Origin: Myxococcales bacterium
GTDB lineage: Bacteria; Myxococcota_A; Polyangia; Polyangiales; Polyangiaceae
Length of the DNA stretch: 64,000 bases
Assembly: GCA_043747615.1 (NCBI GenBank)
Contig: JAYTOU010000037.1
Location: forward strand, 32,001-96,000
Direction of reading: 5' to 3'
The notes beneath the pieces are model-generated. The model saw only the letters and a list, made by a program, of their open reading frames with translations, had not been told where the DNA came from and made no database searches. Of this stretch, positions 1-9,573 are shown one piece after another; the first letter of the stretch is position 1, and the number at the start of each line of letters is the position of its first letter. Made by a program: the position numbers and the translations under genes.

Positions 1-2
1 TC

Positions 3-1073
3 ATGGATGGCTTCGAGGTCGCCGAGCGAATCAAGGCTATCGACCGAGCTCGGCATGTTCCGATCATCTTCGTGACGGCCATCAGTCACGGCGCTGCGCA
101 CATCGCGCAAGCCTACGAGCGAGGCGCCGTGGACTTCATCGGGAAGCCATTCGCGGCCGAGACGATGCGCGCGAAGGTGAGCGTGTTCGTCGATCTCTAT
201 GTCGCGAAGGTGGAGATGCTTCGGCGCGAGACCGCGGTGCACGACGCGGAGCGTGGGCAGCTCGTCGCGCGAGAGCACCAGACGCGGGTCGAGGCCGATC
301 ACCTCGCGACGACCCTGAAAGTGGCAGACCGTCTGAAGCAGGAATTCTTGTCGACGCTCAGCCACGAGCTCCGCGCACCGCTGAACGCCATCCTCGCGTG
401 GACGCGGATGCTGCGAGACGGATCCATCATCGGCGAGCCTCAGCGCGCCCGCGCTCTCGAGAAGGTGGAACGCAACGCGGCCGCTCAGCTCGATCTCGTC
501 GAAGGAATGCTCGACATCAGCTGCATCGCGGGAGGAGAGCTTACGCTCGATTTCGAGTCCGTCGACCTCCTGAGCATCGTCGAGCTGGCGGTGGAGACCG
601 TGAGACCTTCCGCCGTCGAAAAAAAAATCCACCTGCACGCGGCCCTCGAGCGGAACGTGGCTCCCCTTCGCGGCGACCCGCAGCGTCTTCGTCAAATCGT
701 TCTTCAGCTTCTGACCAACGCCGTGAAATTCACCTCGGGCGACGGAGGAGTGATCACCGTATCTCTCTGCAACGACGGCCCCGTGGTGGAGATCGCGATC
801 GAGGACACCGGAGCCGGAATCGACGCCGCGCTGTTGCCAGGTCTGTTCGCGCCGCTCGCGTGGCGAGGCGTCGGAGCGCGGCGCGCCGAAGGTGGTCTCG
901 GAGTCGGATTGACCATCGTCCATCACCTCGTCGAGCTGCACGAGGGCACCGTCCACGCGGAGAGCGCCGGGCGCGGACGAGGGTCTCGCTTCGTGGTGAA
1001 GCTGCCCTCACAAGGGCCGCAGGCGCGAAAAACGGACGAGCGTCAGTCCCGCTCGCCGCCCACCTTGGTTTGA
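3..1073 (+). CDS. Hybrid response regulator / sensor histidine kinase (5' end probably outside window)
   Basis: Partial receiver (MDGFEV..PIIFVTA..GAVDFIGKP), H-box SHELRAPLNAI, N-box QLLTNAVKF, G boxes DTGAGI and GGLGVGL. Confidence 0.9.
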   Translation: MDGFEVAERIKAIDRARHVPIIFVTAISHGAAHIAQAYERGAVDFIGKPFAAETMRAKVSVFVDLYVAKVEMLRRETAVHDAERGQLVAREHQTRVEADHLATTLKVADRLKQEFLSTLSHELRAPLNAILAWTRMLRDGSIIGEPQRARALEKVERNAAAQLDLVEGMLDISCIAGGELTLDFESVDLLSIVELAVETVRPSAVEKKIHLHAALERNVAPLRGDPQRLRQIVLQLLTNAVKFTSGDGGVITVSLCNDGPVVEIAIEDTGAGIDAALLPGLFAPLAWRGVGARRAEGGLGVGLTIVHHLVELHEGTVHAESAGRGRGSRFVVKLPSQGPQARKTDERQSRSPPTLV

Positions 1074-3328
1074 ACCACCGTCGCCCGGAGAAGGTCGGCA
1101 AGGATGTCGCGCGCACTTCGTACCGGCGGGAGCGGCGCTAGCTCACCGACGAGGGGCCAGACGGCGTCGCGAATATCGTGGGGGAGGATGGTCTGCAAGT
1201 ACTCGAGCGCGGTGCCGCGATGTCGGACGTCGGGGTGATGCAGGGCGCGGTACGCCATCCGCAAAGGCTCGCGATCGAGATGCAGCGCAAGGATCGTGAA
1301 GACGTGCTCGAGGGTCCGGTCGACGCGATCGCGCGCGAGAAGATCGTCCACCAAGGCGCTCGCACCTTCGAGCTCACTGGGATCGTCTTCGAACTCGAGC
1401 GGGGCCGCGCCGGGCGCTTTCCGGTCAACTTCGATGAGGATCGCTTGAACGATTTTTTGGCGCGAGATCACTATCCGCGCGTTCGCGTCGGACATCTTCA
1501 TGAGGGCCCGGCCGCACGCGTAGCGCACCTCGAATCGCTCGTCGGTGACCCCGAGCAGAAGTCCATCTGCAGCGCGCTGTGACGTGCACGCCGAGAGGGC
1601 GAGGGGGATCCTTCGGCGCACGACGAAGTCCATGGTGGGATCGAGGAGAGCGTCGATGAGCTGCCCCGTCATGACTGGCGCTGCGCGGCAGAGCGCCGCG
1701 AGGGCTTCCGTGTGCAGATGTTTGTGGGCGAGAAGCAAGATCAGGAACGCGGTGACGGGTGTCGTCGTCTCGAGCGGCAGATTGCGTAAGGTCACGGCCG
1801 TGGCCTCCACGTCTCCGAAGAGCAGCTCGCGTCCGTCGGGGAGCGCTTGCGGATCCCTCAGCGCATCGAACGCCGGTCCCGCGCCGTGACCCCCCGGAAG
1901 CGCCGGCATTTCGATCACGCCGATCTCGATCGGGCTTCCTCCGGAAGGCGCGAAGAACGCGTGACGTGGTCGCAGCAGCTCCACGCGCTGAATGAGATTG
2001 TCTCTCTCCGCGGACTCGTCGGTCTCTTCTGCCGAACGACCCACGTGCGCGAGCGATGGAAGATCGAGCTTCTGCGCGCCGTCGCGAAGACCGGTCTCGA
2101 GCGCGGTGACGTACCCGAAGTGCAGCGCGCGCGTCACCGGTAGCGTCAAAAGGGCGAGCACGACCGCTCCGCCGAGGATGTAGATCTGGGTGTGGCGCTC
2201 GGACACGGCGAGCACCATCATCGTGATCAAGGCTCCGGCGACGGTGCCCAGGCGATCGAACCCGACATCAATCAGCGCCTTTACCGAACGCTTCTGGGCT
2301 TCCGAGAGAGGCGTGTAGAGGAGCTCATACGCGGAGCGGTAAAGCGTGTTGCGCTCGACGGCCTCTGCTCCACGGAGGACGGCGGTGGTGAAGAGACCGG
2401 GCACCGCGAGGCCGCAGGCGCCTCCCATGATGATGACTCCCGGCAAGATGGCGATGTTCACCACGAGCCCGAGCTTCTCGAGAGCCCGCCGGCCGAGCGT
2501 CAGTTGCACGACCAGCGAGATCGTGGCGACCATCAGCCAGAAGAGCGAAAAAAACGAAAGGAGCGGCGCGCCCTTCCCGAAAACCGCGGACGCTTGAACG
2601 CTGAAGAGGTAGTCGAGGAGCGAAGACGTGGCTGCGCCGAGGGCGACGAGCAGCGCGAGGTTTCGCAGAAACGGTTGGCGGCCGAGCATGCGAAGTACAG
2701 GGATCCTCTGTGGAGTCGGATCCGCGAAGATGCTCAACCTCGACGATCTGCCGGCGATGGCGGGCGTCCCCGCTCGGATGAAGAGTGTTCCTGCCAAGCA
2801 GGCCACGTGCAGCGCAGCGAGCACGAGAAGCATCGTGGGAAGAGCAACCAGGGTGGCGATGCGCCACGCCATGAGACCCCCGAGGACTCCGCCGATCGTT
2901 CCGCCCCCTGCAATCCGGGCGACTGCACGCTTCGCGTTGTGGGGGTCGAAGCGCTCGTTGATGAGAGACCAGAACGCGGTCATCACCACCGGCCCCACGA
3001 GCGCCGTGTGCAAGTAAAAGGTAATGGCGGTACCGGCTGGCGAAGTGAATCCGAGCACCCACTCGAGAACCAGGCCACCCGCACTTCCACCGAAAAAAAT
3101 TGGGAGGAGCGACGCGGGGGAATGACGCACCATCAGACGAGACAGCGACAGCACGGCAACGAGGGAGAGCGCCGCTGCAGTGGCCATCACGCTCGGCAGA
3201 GCCGTGGCGGGAAACGTCGTAAGGAAAAGCGCGTCCCGCGCCGCTTTCCCAGCAACCTGGTGCGCGATCATCGCAGCCGAGGTGAACGCCGCCGCGCGCG
3301 TTCCGTCGACCAGTTTCAGGGGTGGCAC
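1043..3328 (-). CDS. NTT/TLC-family (ATP/ADP translocase-like) MFS carrier fused to HEAT-like repeats
   Basis: About 12 hydrophobic segments with KAARDALFL, FWSLINERF, ELLYTPL..KALIDVGFDRLG; helical C-terminus (DERFEVRYACGRAL, RGTALEYL). Start set at GTG 3328 by comparison with the paralog at 37205-39388. Confidence 0.8.
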   Translation of the reverse strand: MPPLKLVDGTRAAAFTSAAMIAHQVAGKAARDALFLTTFPATALPSVMATAAALSLVAVLSLSRLMVRHSPASLLPIFFGGSAGGLVLEWVLGFTSPAGTAITFYLHTALVGPVVMTAFWSLINERFDPHNAKRAVARIAGGGTIGGVLGGLMAWRIATLVALPTMLLVLAALHVACLAGTLFIRAGTPAIAGRSSRLSIFADPTPQRIPVLRMLGRQPFLRNLALLVALGAATSSLLDYLFSVQASAVFGKGAPLLSFFSLFWLMVATISLVVQLTLGRRALEKLGLVVNIAILPGVIIMGGACGLAVPGLFTTAVLRGAEAVERNTLYRSAYELLYTPLSEAQKRSVKALIDVGFDRLGTVAGALITMMVLAVSERHTQIYILGGAVVLALLTLPVTRALHFGYVTALETGLRDGAQKLDLPSLAHVGRSAEETDESAERDNLIQRVELLRPRHAFFAPSGGSPIEIGVIEMPALPGGHGAGPAFDALRDPQALPDGRELLFGDVEATAVTLRNLPLETTTPVTAFLILLLAHKHLHTEALAALCRAAPVMTGQLIDALLDPTMDFVVRRRIPLALSACTSQRAADGLLLGVTDERFEVRYACGRALMKMSDANARIVISRQKIVQAILIEVDRKAPGAAPLEFEDDPSELEGASALVDDLLARDRVDRTLEHVFTILALHLDREPLRMAYRALHHPDVRHRGTALEYLQTILPHDIRDAVWPLVGELAPLPPVRSARDILADLLRATVVQTKVGGERD

Positions 3329-3564
3329 GACGACAAAATGGTAACGGAGCAGGGTGCAGAAAGCGAAGGAGAAAGGGAGGCCGAGCGGCCCAGAAGACCT
3401 CGGCTCCACGCACGAGCTTCTGGCAGATCGCGAGCGCGCAGCCTGCGCAGGGCACGCCCGTCTGCATTCCCGGAACTCAGGACCTGCGAATGGGCGGACG
3501 GTCATGGAGGCATCGAGGCAACGCGCGGAACAGTACCGAATCGTGTCCCAGGCTCGCGCTCACA

Positions 3565-4401
3565 TCACGCTGGCTCGGATAGGCCGAGCACGCGCCCGCC
3601 GAGCCCGACACAGGGACCGAGGCGTACTTGGCAGCGCTCGCAGACGTAGATGGTCCGGTTCGCGAGGAGGATGCGTGTGACGGCGCCGGCGCAGCCACGG
3701 CATTCGCGGCGGGCGTAGACGTGAAGGGCCTCGCTTCGCTTGAGACGCTTCTTCGTTGGAGCGTCGACCGTGACGATGCGCTTCTCCTTCACGCCACGCG
3801 CGAGGAGCGAGCGTGTGAGGTCCCAAAGCTTGTCGAAGGTCGCGCGATCGAGATGACGGGCGGGTGTTTCGGGATGGATGCCGAGAAGGTAGAGGATCTC
3901 GGCGCGGTACACGTTGCCGATGCCAGCCACGACGCGTTGATCGAGGAGCACCGCGCCGATCGCGCGCTTCGTCGCATGGACGACCTGCCACGCCTTTTCG
4001 ACGTCGGCCGTTGCCGCGAGCGGATCGGCGCCGAGCCGTGCCAGGAGCGTGCGCTTCGCGGCGGGGCTGAGGAGCTCGCAGCACGTCGGACCGGCGAGGT
4101 CCCAGGTGACGTGGTCGCCAACCAGCCGAAGCCGCGTCGTCGGTCGCGGGCTGCGCGCTGCGGCTTCGCCAACGTGGCGTCGAAACTTCCCGAACAGTCC
4201 GAGGTGGATGTGCACGACGCGTCCCCCCGCGAACCGGATGAAAAGATGTTTCCCGATGGCCTCGGTGCCACGCAGAACGCGCCCGTCGAGCTTGGGGGCG
4301 TCGAGGAAGCGCCCCTGGGGCGTGGACACCGCGACGCGCTGGCCTCCGAGATCGCGCCCGATGTCCTGCGCGAGGCGATGGATGGTGTGTCCCTCAGGCA
4401 T
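3565..4401 (-). CDS. Fpg/Nei family DNA glycosylase
   Basis: N-terminal MPEG, GKHL, H2TH LLDQ..AGIGNVYRAE, C-terminal zinc finger CRGC..CERCQ. Confidence 0.93.
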   Translation of the reverse strand: MPEGHTIHRLAQDIGRDLGGQRVAVSTPQGRFLDAPKLDGRVLRGTEAIGKHLFIRFAGGRVVHIHLGLFGKFRRHVGEAAARSPRPTTRLRLVGDHVTWDLAGPTCCELLSPAAKRTLLARLGADPLAATADVEKAWQVVHATKRAIGAVLLDQRVVAGIGNVYRAEILYLLGIHPETPARHLDRATFDKLWDLTRSLLARGVKEKRIVTVDAPTKKRLKRSEALHVYARRECRGCAGAVTRILLANRTIYVCERCQVRLGPCVGLGGRVLGLSEPA

Positions 4402-6067
4402 CGCGGCGGTTCGGTTCGCGCGACCGTTGCTCCGGCACGAGCTCCTCGCCGCGTGCGAGCGCGGCCCGGGTGCGCTCGAACACTTCGGCGTCGGAGCGTT
4501 TCTTCTCCGGCGCTCGGCGGGCCTCGGACGCCATCGGGAGCTTCATCCGGTCGACTCCCTGGAGCACGTCGCGATGGCGGCCGAGGAATGCCCAATACAT
4601 GGGGGTGAGAGGGCACGTCGTCTTCGGGTCGAACCGGCAGCCGCCGCAGTAGTTGCTCATCTTGTCGATGTACGCCGAGCCCGCGACGTAAGGCTTGGTG
4701 GTCAGCAAGTCGCCCACTCCGAACGTGCTCATCCCGTGGACGTTCGGTTCGACGACCCAGTCATAGGCATCGACGTACGCTGCCCAGAACCAGTCGGTGA
4801 GCGCGCGCGGAGTCACGTCGAGTAGCATCGCGATGTTGGACAGCACCATGAGCCGCGTAATGTGGTGGCTGTAGCCTTCGTCCCAGACGCCCTGAACGAC
4901 GTCGTCGAGGCAGCGGAGGCCGGATGTCACTCCCCAGTACACGGGCGGCACATCTCCCTTGGAGCCGAGCACCGACGTGAGCGAGCCTCCGTCGCCGCCC
5001 GCACGGTTCGCGTCTGCCCACGGTTCGCCTCGCCATCCGCCGTAGCCTCCGTCGCCCGGCGTTTCCGCGCGCGGCTGTGAGGCGCCGCGAATGACTCGGA
5101 ACCCGTCGGTGGCTTCGTGCACGTGCCGCATGTACTCGCGCCAACCCAGGATCTGGCGCACGAATCCCTCCTGGCTCGCGAGCGGCAAATCCATCGCGAG
5201 CACGTCGGCGAGGACGCGCTTGGCAGAGAGGCGCTGTAGATTCAGCAGCGGCGAGATCATGGTGTGAAAAAGGTAGCGCTCTCCAGCCGCCATCGCGTCC
5301 TCGTACGGCCCGAAGCTCGCGAGGCATTCAGACTTCGCCCATGTCCACGCGCGCTCGGCGTCAGCTGCGGTCGTCGGCAGCGCTTCGGGGGTGAGCGTTC
5401 CTGGGTGACGCGCGAATTGCGCGAGGACGAGATCGCACACCTCGCGCGTCACGTCGTCGACGGCGAAGGTCGGGCGCGTGGGCGCAGCGGGCTCGCCGCT
5501 CCACTTGCTTCGGTTGTCGGCATCGAAGCTCCATCGCCCGCCGACAGGCTTTTCGTTCTTCATCAGGACGCCGAGCTTCTTCCGCACGTGCCGGTAGAAC
5601 GCGTCCATGCGCCACGCGCGATCGCCCACGGCAGCGCGAAAGTCATCGCTGGTCGTAAGCCAACCTTCGTGAGGCAGCACCGTAATTTGGCCCGTATCGA
5701 CGAGCGGCGTCAGCTCGGTGCGAAGCTCGCGCTCGGCTGCACGCATCATCGAGACCGGCCCTACGGCCTCGAGCGCTGCGCGGTAGCTCGGCGCAACCAG
5801 GTGACGAACGACGACGCCGCGCTCGGCTTGCTCGAGAGCAAAGTGCCGGAGGTTCGACAGAACGAGCGCGAGCTTTTGCCGGTGATACGGCCGGCAGGCC
5901 GCTTTCTCGGGACACTCGACGAGCACGATTCCGAGCTCGCGCGGCGGCGTCGTCGCGATCGGTCCCAGCTCGCCAGAGAGCTGATCGTAAGGGACGAAAA
6001 GCCATCGGCGCCCCGTCGCATCGGCACCGCGAAGCCGTTCCTCGAGCTTACGTGAGAAGACACTCAT
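4394..6067 (-). CDS. Cryptochrome/photolyase family protein, FeS-BCP (PhrB-like) type
   Basis: PYDQL, HRQKL, GGRWSFDADNR, EGFVRQILGWREY, YSHHITRLM, DAYDWVVEPNV, KPY; four Cys (LRC, YCGGC, TCP). Confidence 0.9.
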   Translation of the reverse strand: MSVFSRKLEERLRGADATGRRWLFVPYDQLSGELGPIATTPPRELGIVLVECPEKAACRPYHRQKLALVLSNLRHFALEQAERGVVVRHLVAPSYRAALEAVGPVSMMRAAERELRTELTPLVDTGQITVLPHEGWLTTSDDFRAAVGDRAWRMDAFYRHVRKKLGVLMKNEKPVGGRWSFDADNRSKWSGEPAAPTRPTFAVDDVTREVCDLVLAQFARHPGTLTPEALPTTAADAERAWTWAKSECLASFGPYEDAMAAGERYLFHTMISPLLNLQRLSAKRVLADVLAMDLPLASQEGFVRQILGWREYMRHVHEATDGFRVIRGASQPRAETPGDGGYGGWRGEPWADANRAGGDGGSLTSVLGSKGDVPPVYWGVTSGLRCLDDVVQGVWDEGYSHHITRLMVLSNIAMLLDVTPRALTDWFWAAYVDAYDWVVEPNVHGMSTFGVGDLLTTKPYVAGSAYIDKMSNYCGGCRFDPKTTCPLTPMYWAFLGRHRDVLQGVDRMKLPMASEARRAPEKKRSDAEVFERTRAALARGEELVPEQRSREPNRRDA

Positions 6068-6161
6068 TGTGCCCAAGCTTACGCTTCTCGCCCCACGAGG
6101 GCACGGGCGCAAGAACCACCGCCGCGATGTGAGCTCGCGGTGCTGCTGCCGTCCTCAGGAG

Positions 6162-7181
6162 TTAGGCCACGCGATCGCGGCCGCCGCGCTTGGCACGGTA
6201 GAGCGCTTCGTCGGCGATGCGGAGCATTACCTCGGAGGTGGGCGCTTCTGCGGAAGACGCCACCCCGATACTGACTGTGACCTGCAGGGACCCGCCGGAA
6301 AAAGAGATGGGCTTTGCGGAGATGGCTTTCCGCACGCGCTCGCCGGCGGTCGCGGCACCGTCGTGATCGCACGCCGGCAAGACGATGAGGAACTCTTCTC
6401 CACCGACCCGTCCGACCGCATCGGTGGGGCGAAGCGCTCCCCGCAGGCGCGCGCTCACCTGCCGAAGGACTTCGTCGCCGGCGGGATGCCCATAGCCATC
6501 GTTGATGGCCTTGAAGTGATCGATGTCGAGGGAGAGGATGGCGCACGGTTCGTCCGTCGTCGTGGCCGTCTCCATCTCGCGCCGCGCGATTTCGTGGATG
6601 GCTCCGCGGTTCCAGATCCGCGTGAGATCGTCCACCAGCGCCTTCTGCTCGAGGTGCTCGTTCTCCGCGGCCAGAGCCCTTTGATTTTCAGTGAGCTTCG
6701 CGACGTTGATCTCGTGCTCGGCAAGGCTCGCCAGATCCCGGAGCGAGGCCATGTCGTCGTCACTCATTACGCGCGGCACAAAGCCCGCGATGCAGAGGAC
6801 GCCCACATTTTCTCCGTCGAATTGCAGGGGAAAGCCCGCGTAGAAACGCACGCTCTGATCTCCCGCGTGCGCGTTTGGGTTGCCCACGAGGCGCGGGTCT
6901 TCCTGGGTGTCAGGAATGTAGCAAATGTCGTCATTGAGGATCGCGAACTGGCAGAACGAAGTCTCGCGCGCCGCCACGACCGCATCCATACCCTGCACCG
7001 ACTTCAGCCAGATACGCGTTTCGCCGATGAGGTCGATGACGGCGAGGGGGACGTTGAACATCCGCTTCGCCAGGCGCGTGATCTTATCGAAGCGCTCCTC
7101 CGCGGGAGTGCCCATCATCCGCAGCTTCTGGACCGCCAGGAGACGTTTGACTTCCCTGGCTGGTAAGACAGGAGCCGCCAT
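6162..7181 (-). CDS. GAF-sensor diguanylate cyclase
   Basis: GAF (EERFDKITRLA..SFC..RFYAGFPL) and GGDEF domain (DIDHFKAIND, I-site RPTD, GGEEF). Confidence 0.93.
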   Translation of the reverse strand: MAAPVLPAREVKRLLAVQKLRMMGTPAEERFDKITRLAKRMFNVPLAVIDLIGETRIWLKSVQGMDAVVAARETSFCQFAILNDDICYIPDTQEDPRLVGNPNAHAGDQSVRFYAGFPLQFDGENVGVLCIAGFVPRVMSDDDMASLRDLASLAEHEINVAKLTENQRALAAENEHLEQKALVDDLTRIWNRGAIHEIARREMETATTTDEPCAILSLDIDHFKAINDGYGHPAGDEVLRQVSARLRGALRPTDAVGRVGGEEFLIVLPACDHDGAATAGERVRKAISAKPISFSGGSLQVTVSIGVASSAEAPTSEVMLRIADEALYRAKRGGRDRVA

Positions 7182-7422
7182 CGAACCTACTAACGGGCGC
7201 TCCGCCGCGCACTTAAGGCCACCGTCACTTTTACCGGCTGCGTGACGAGAAGCAAGGGGGCACATGCGTCGCACTCGACGGTCCTTCGTTTTTTTGATGT
7301 CGCTGGCGGGAGCTGCCGCCGCGCTCGCGAACGTCGCGTAGGTCGTGGTGCTCCCGGATGGCTCCCAAAGGAAAGGCGTGTTAACGACAGTTGCAAGCCA
7401 CGAGAACGAGAGGAACGCCAAC

Positions 7423-8238
7423 ATGACCATGACGTCGATTGCGCAGAAGCCCTACAAAGTAGCGGATGGCACCTGGGTCATCCCGGAGCTCTTTCCGGCC
7501 GCACCTGGGACGCTCGTTCCGATCTCTTCTGCCGTCATCGTCGGCAAAGAGCCGGTCGTGATCGATACCGGGACGGCGGGCAATCGCGAGCGATGGTTTC
7601 AGGCGCTCGGAACCATCGTCGACCCGGCCGACGTCCGATGGATCTTCATCACGCACGAGGACCCGGATCACGTCGGCAATCTGCTCGCACTGTTCGACAG
7701 AGCACCGAAGGCGACTGTCGTCATGACGTGGTTCATGGGCGAACGCTTGGCCGGTACGTTGAGCATCCCCCTCAATCGCCAGCGTTGGGTGAACGACGGC
7801 GATTCGTTCGACGTTGGCGATCGCACGCTCGCCGCGATTCGTCCGCCGCTCTTCGAATGCCCGACGACGCGTGGTCTGTATGATGCGAAAACCGGATTCT
7901 ACTGGGCCGCGGATGCGTTCTCGTCTTTCATGCAAGCCGAGGTCGAGAACGCCGATGACGTGCCGCAACCCCTGTGGGAGGGAACGTTCTCGGCGACCAA
8001 TCGCATGAACGCACCCTGGGTTTCGACGGCGAATCCCGAGAAGCTCGGCATCCAGGTCGCACGGCTCGAAGCGCTGAAGCTGTCCGTCGTCGCGTCCGCG
8101 CACGGTCCGACCATGACGGGGCCGCGCATCGCGACCGCGCTCAAAATGACCCGCGCGCTCGCCGGCGAGCCGGAAGTGCCACTCATGGGCCAGCGCGATC
8201 TCGAAGGTATTCTCGCTTCGATGCCAGGACTTGGCTGA
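7423..8238 (+). CDS. MBL-fold metallo-hydrolase (FprA/ODP-like di-metal domain, no flavodoxin)
   Basis: VIDTG, THEDPDHVG, ADAF, SAHG; RBS-like GAGGA upstream. Confidence 0.8.
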   Translation: MTMTSIAQKPYKVADGTWVIPELFPAAPGTLVPISSAVIVGKEPVVIDTGTAGNRERWFQALGTIVDPADVRWIFITHEDPDHVGNLLALFDRAPKATVVMTWFMGERLAGTLSIPLNRQRWVNDGDSFDVGDRTLAAIRPPLFECPTTRGLYDAKTGFYWAADAFSSFMQAEVENADDVPQPLWEGTFSATNRMNAPWVSTANPEKLGIQVARLEALKLSVVASAHGPTMTGPRIATALKMTRALAGEPEVPLMGQRDLEGILASMPGLG

Positions 8239-8366
8239 CGGAAATCGTCGCGAAGCGCAGCGTGAGCCTCGAATCGATCAAGCCCGCCCAATGCCACGAT
8301 CGTCGTACGTCACCTCCCGTCGAGATCCTCGTTCCGTAGACCGAGCGGCCTCCGCGGCAATACACG

Positions 8367-8936
8367 TCAGTTCGGGGGAGGGCACGGCGTGGATGGGCTC
8401 GACGACAGCGGGCAGCACGCCTGCACCGTCTTGTCGCCGCTCATCGTCACGGTCGTGATCTTCGACTGATCGTGAGTCGCGGTCGTGTCTCCGGATGTGC
8501 CGACCCAATAGCCCCATACGAACGCCACCGCGCTGGCGGTGTCGCCGCTCAGAGTGACGACCGTGCCCGTCGGGACCGTAAGCGTCCGCAGCGACGCTGC
8601 GCTCGCGCCGCCGTCGTTCACGGAGACCGAGCACCATGCGAGGTAGTCCTCAATCTTCAATGTCGAGGTCGCGCCAGCGTCGCCGGCGTCGTTCGCCGCG
8701 CCGTCGGACGCGTCGGGTCGCGTGCCGGTATCGGTTTGCGACCCGGTGTCGACCAGTGAGCCGCCGTCGTTTGCGTCGGCGTGCGAGCCAGTGTCACCGC
8801 CGCTCGCAGAGTCGGAGTTGCCGGTCGTCGAGTCGGAGTTACCGCCGTCGGCAATGGCGTTGTCGTCACCGCCGCTGCACGCCGCGAAGGAAAGAGGAAT
8901 CGCGAGAACCGCCCAAGGCAAGAAGATAAAGCGCAT
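8367..8936 (-). CDS. Hypothetical lipoprotein
   Basis: Signal peptide with lipobox FAAC, D/G/S-rich linker, small Cys-containing C-terminal domain. Confidence 0.7.
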   Translation of the reverse strand: MRFIFLPWAVLAIPLSFAACSGGDDNAIADGGNSDSTTGNSDSASGGDTGSHADANDGGSLVDTGSQTDTGTRPDASDGAANDAGDAGATSTLKIEDYLAWCSVSVNDGGASAASLRTLTVPTGTVVTLSGDTASAVAFVWGYWVGTSGDTTATHDQSKITTVTMSGDKTVQACCPLSSSPSTPCPPPN

Positions 8937-9033
8937 CCGTGCATCATAGCGCGTTGCGCCTCGCAGGAGGGCCGTGACGATTCGCGCCGCACTTGTTAAA
9001 CTCGCGGCTTCCCAGTCGAAGGAGAGACTCATC

Positions 9034-9459
9034 ATGTTCGAAAGTCTGTTGTCCGAGTTCACGTCCTCGAAGCAAGCTCAAGACGCAACGGCCGCCCTCG
9101 CATCGAAGGGCTACAGCCCGGCCGACGCCGAGAAGTTCATCGCCGAGGCGCTCCCCGCGGCCAAGGAGGCGATGGAGCAGCAGACGGCGAGCCACCCGAA
9201 GCCGGAGGTCGGCCTGTTCAACCTCTTTGGCGGGCACGCGGGGAAGGAGTTTCTCATCGGCCTCACCGAGGGGATCGTCCGCGGTGACGGCGTCGTCGGA
9301 TCCTTCGAGGATGGCGGGATGTCGATGATCGCCGGGCACATCGCAGAGGTGATCGCCCCCAGGCTCAACATTAGCGCGGAGACCGCGGGAGACGTGGCCG
9401 CAGTCGTGGCCCCCTTCATTTTCCACTACGCGCACGAGAAGCTCGCGGCCAGCCAGTAG
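9034..9459 (+). CDS. Hypothetical protein
   Basis: AAGGAG RBS, strongly GC3-biased codons, protein-like helical composition. Confidence 0.75.
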   Translation: MFESLLSEFTSSKQAQDATAALASKGYSPADAEKFIAEALPAAKEAMEQQTASHPKPEVGLFNLFGGHAGKEFLIGLTEGIVRGDGVVGSFEDGGMSMIAGHIAEVIAPRLNISAETAGDVAAVVAPFIFHYAHEKLAASQ

Positions 9460-9573
9460 CATCGCGTCACTGCGCCGACACCTCGACGTGGTGAGCGCAG
9501 CCCGCGGTCCCGCCGGTGCTCCAGAAAAAGCCTTTCTGGGCCGGGCCGAGATCGCCCTTGCGAACGCTTCTCG

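Noticed and set aside
2192..3649. Long alternative-frame ORFs (also 17676-18908, 24454-26028, 38790-40400, 46511-48199, 58738-60192, 60970-62361)
   Set aside because: Antisense or off-frame shadows of well-supported genes, expected at high GC; no recognisable motifs
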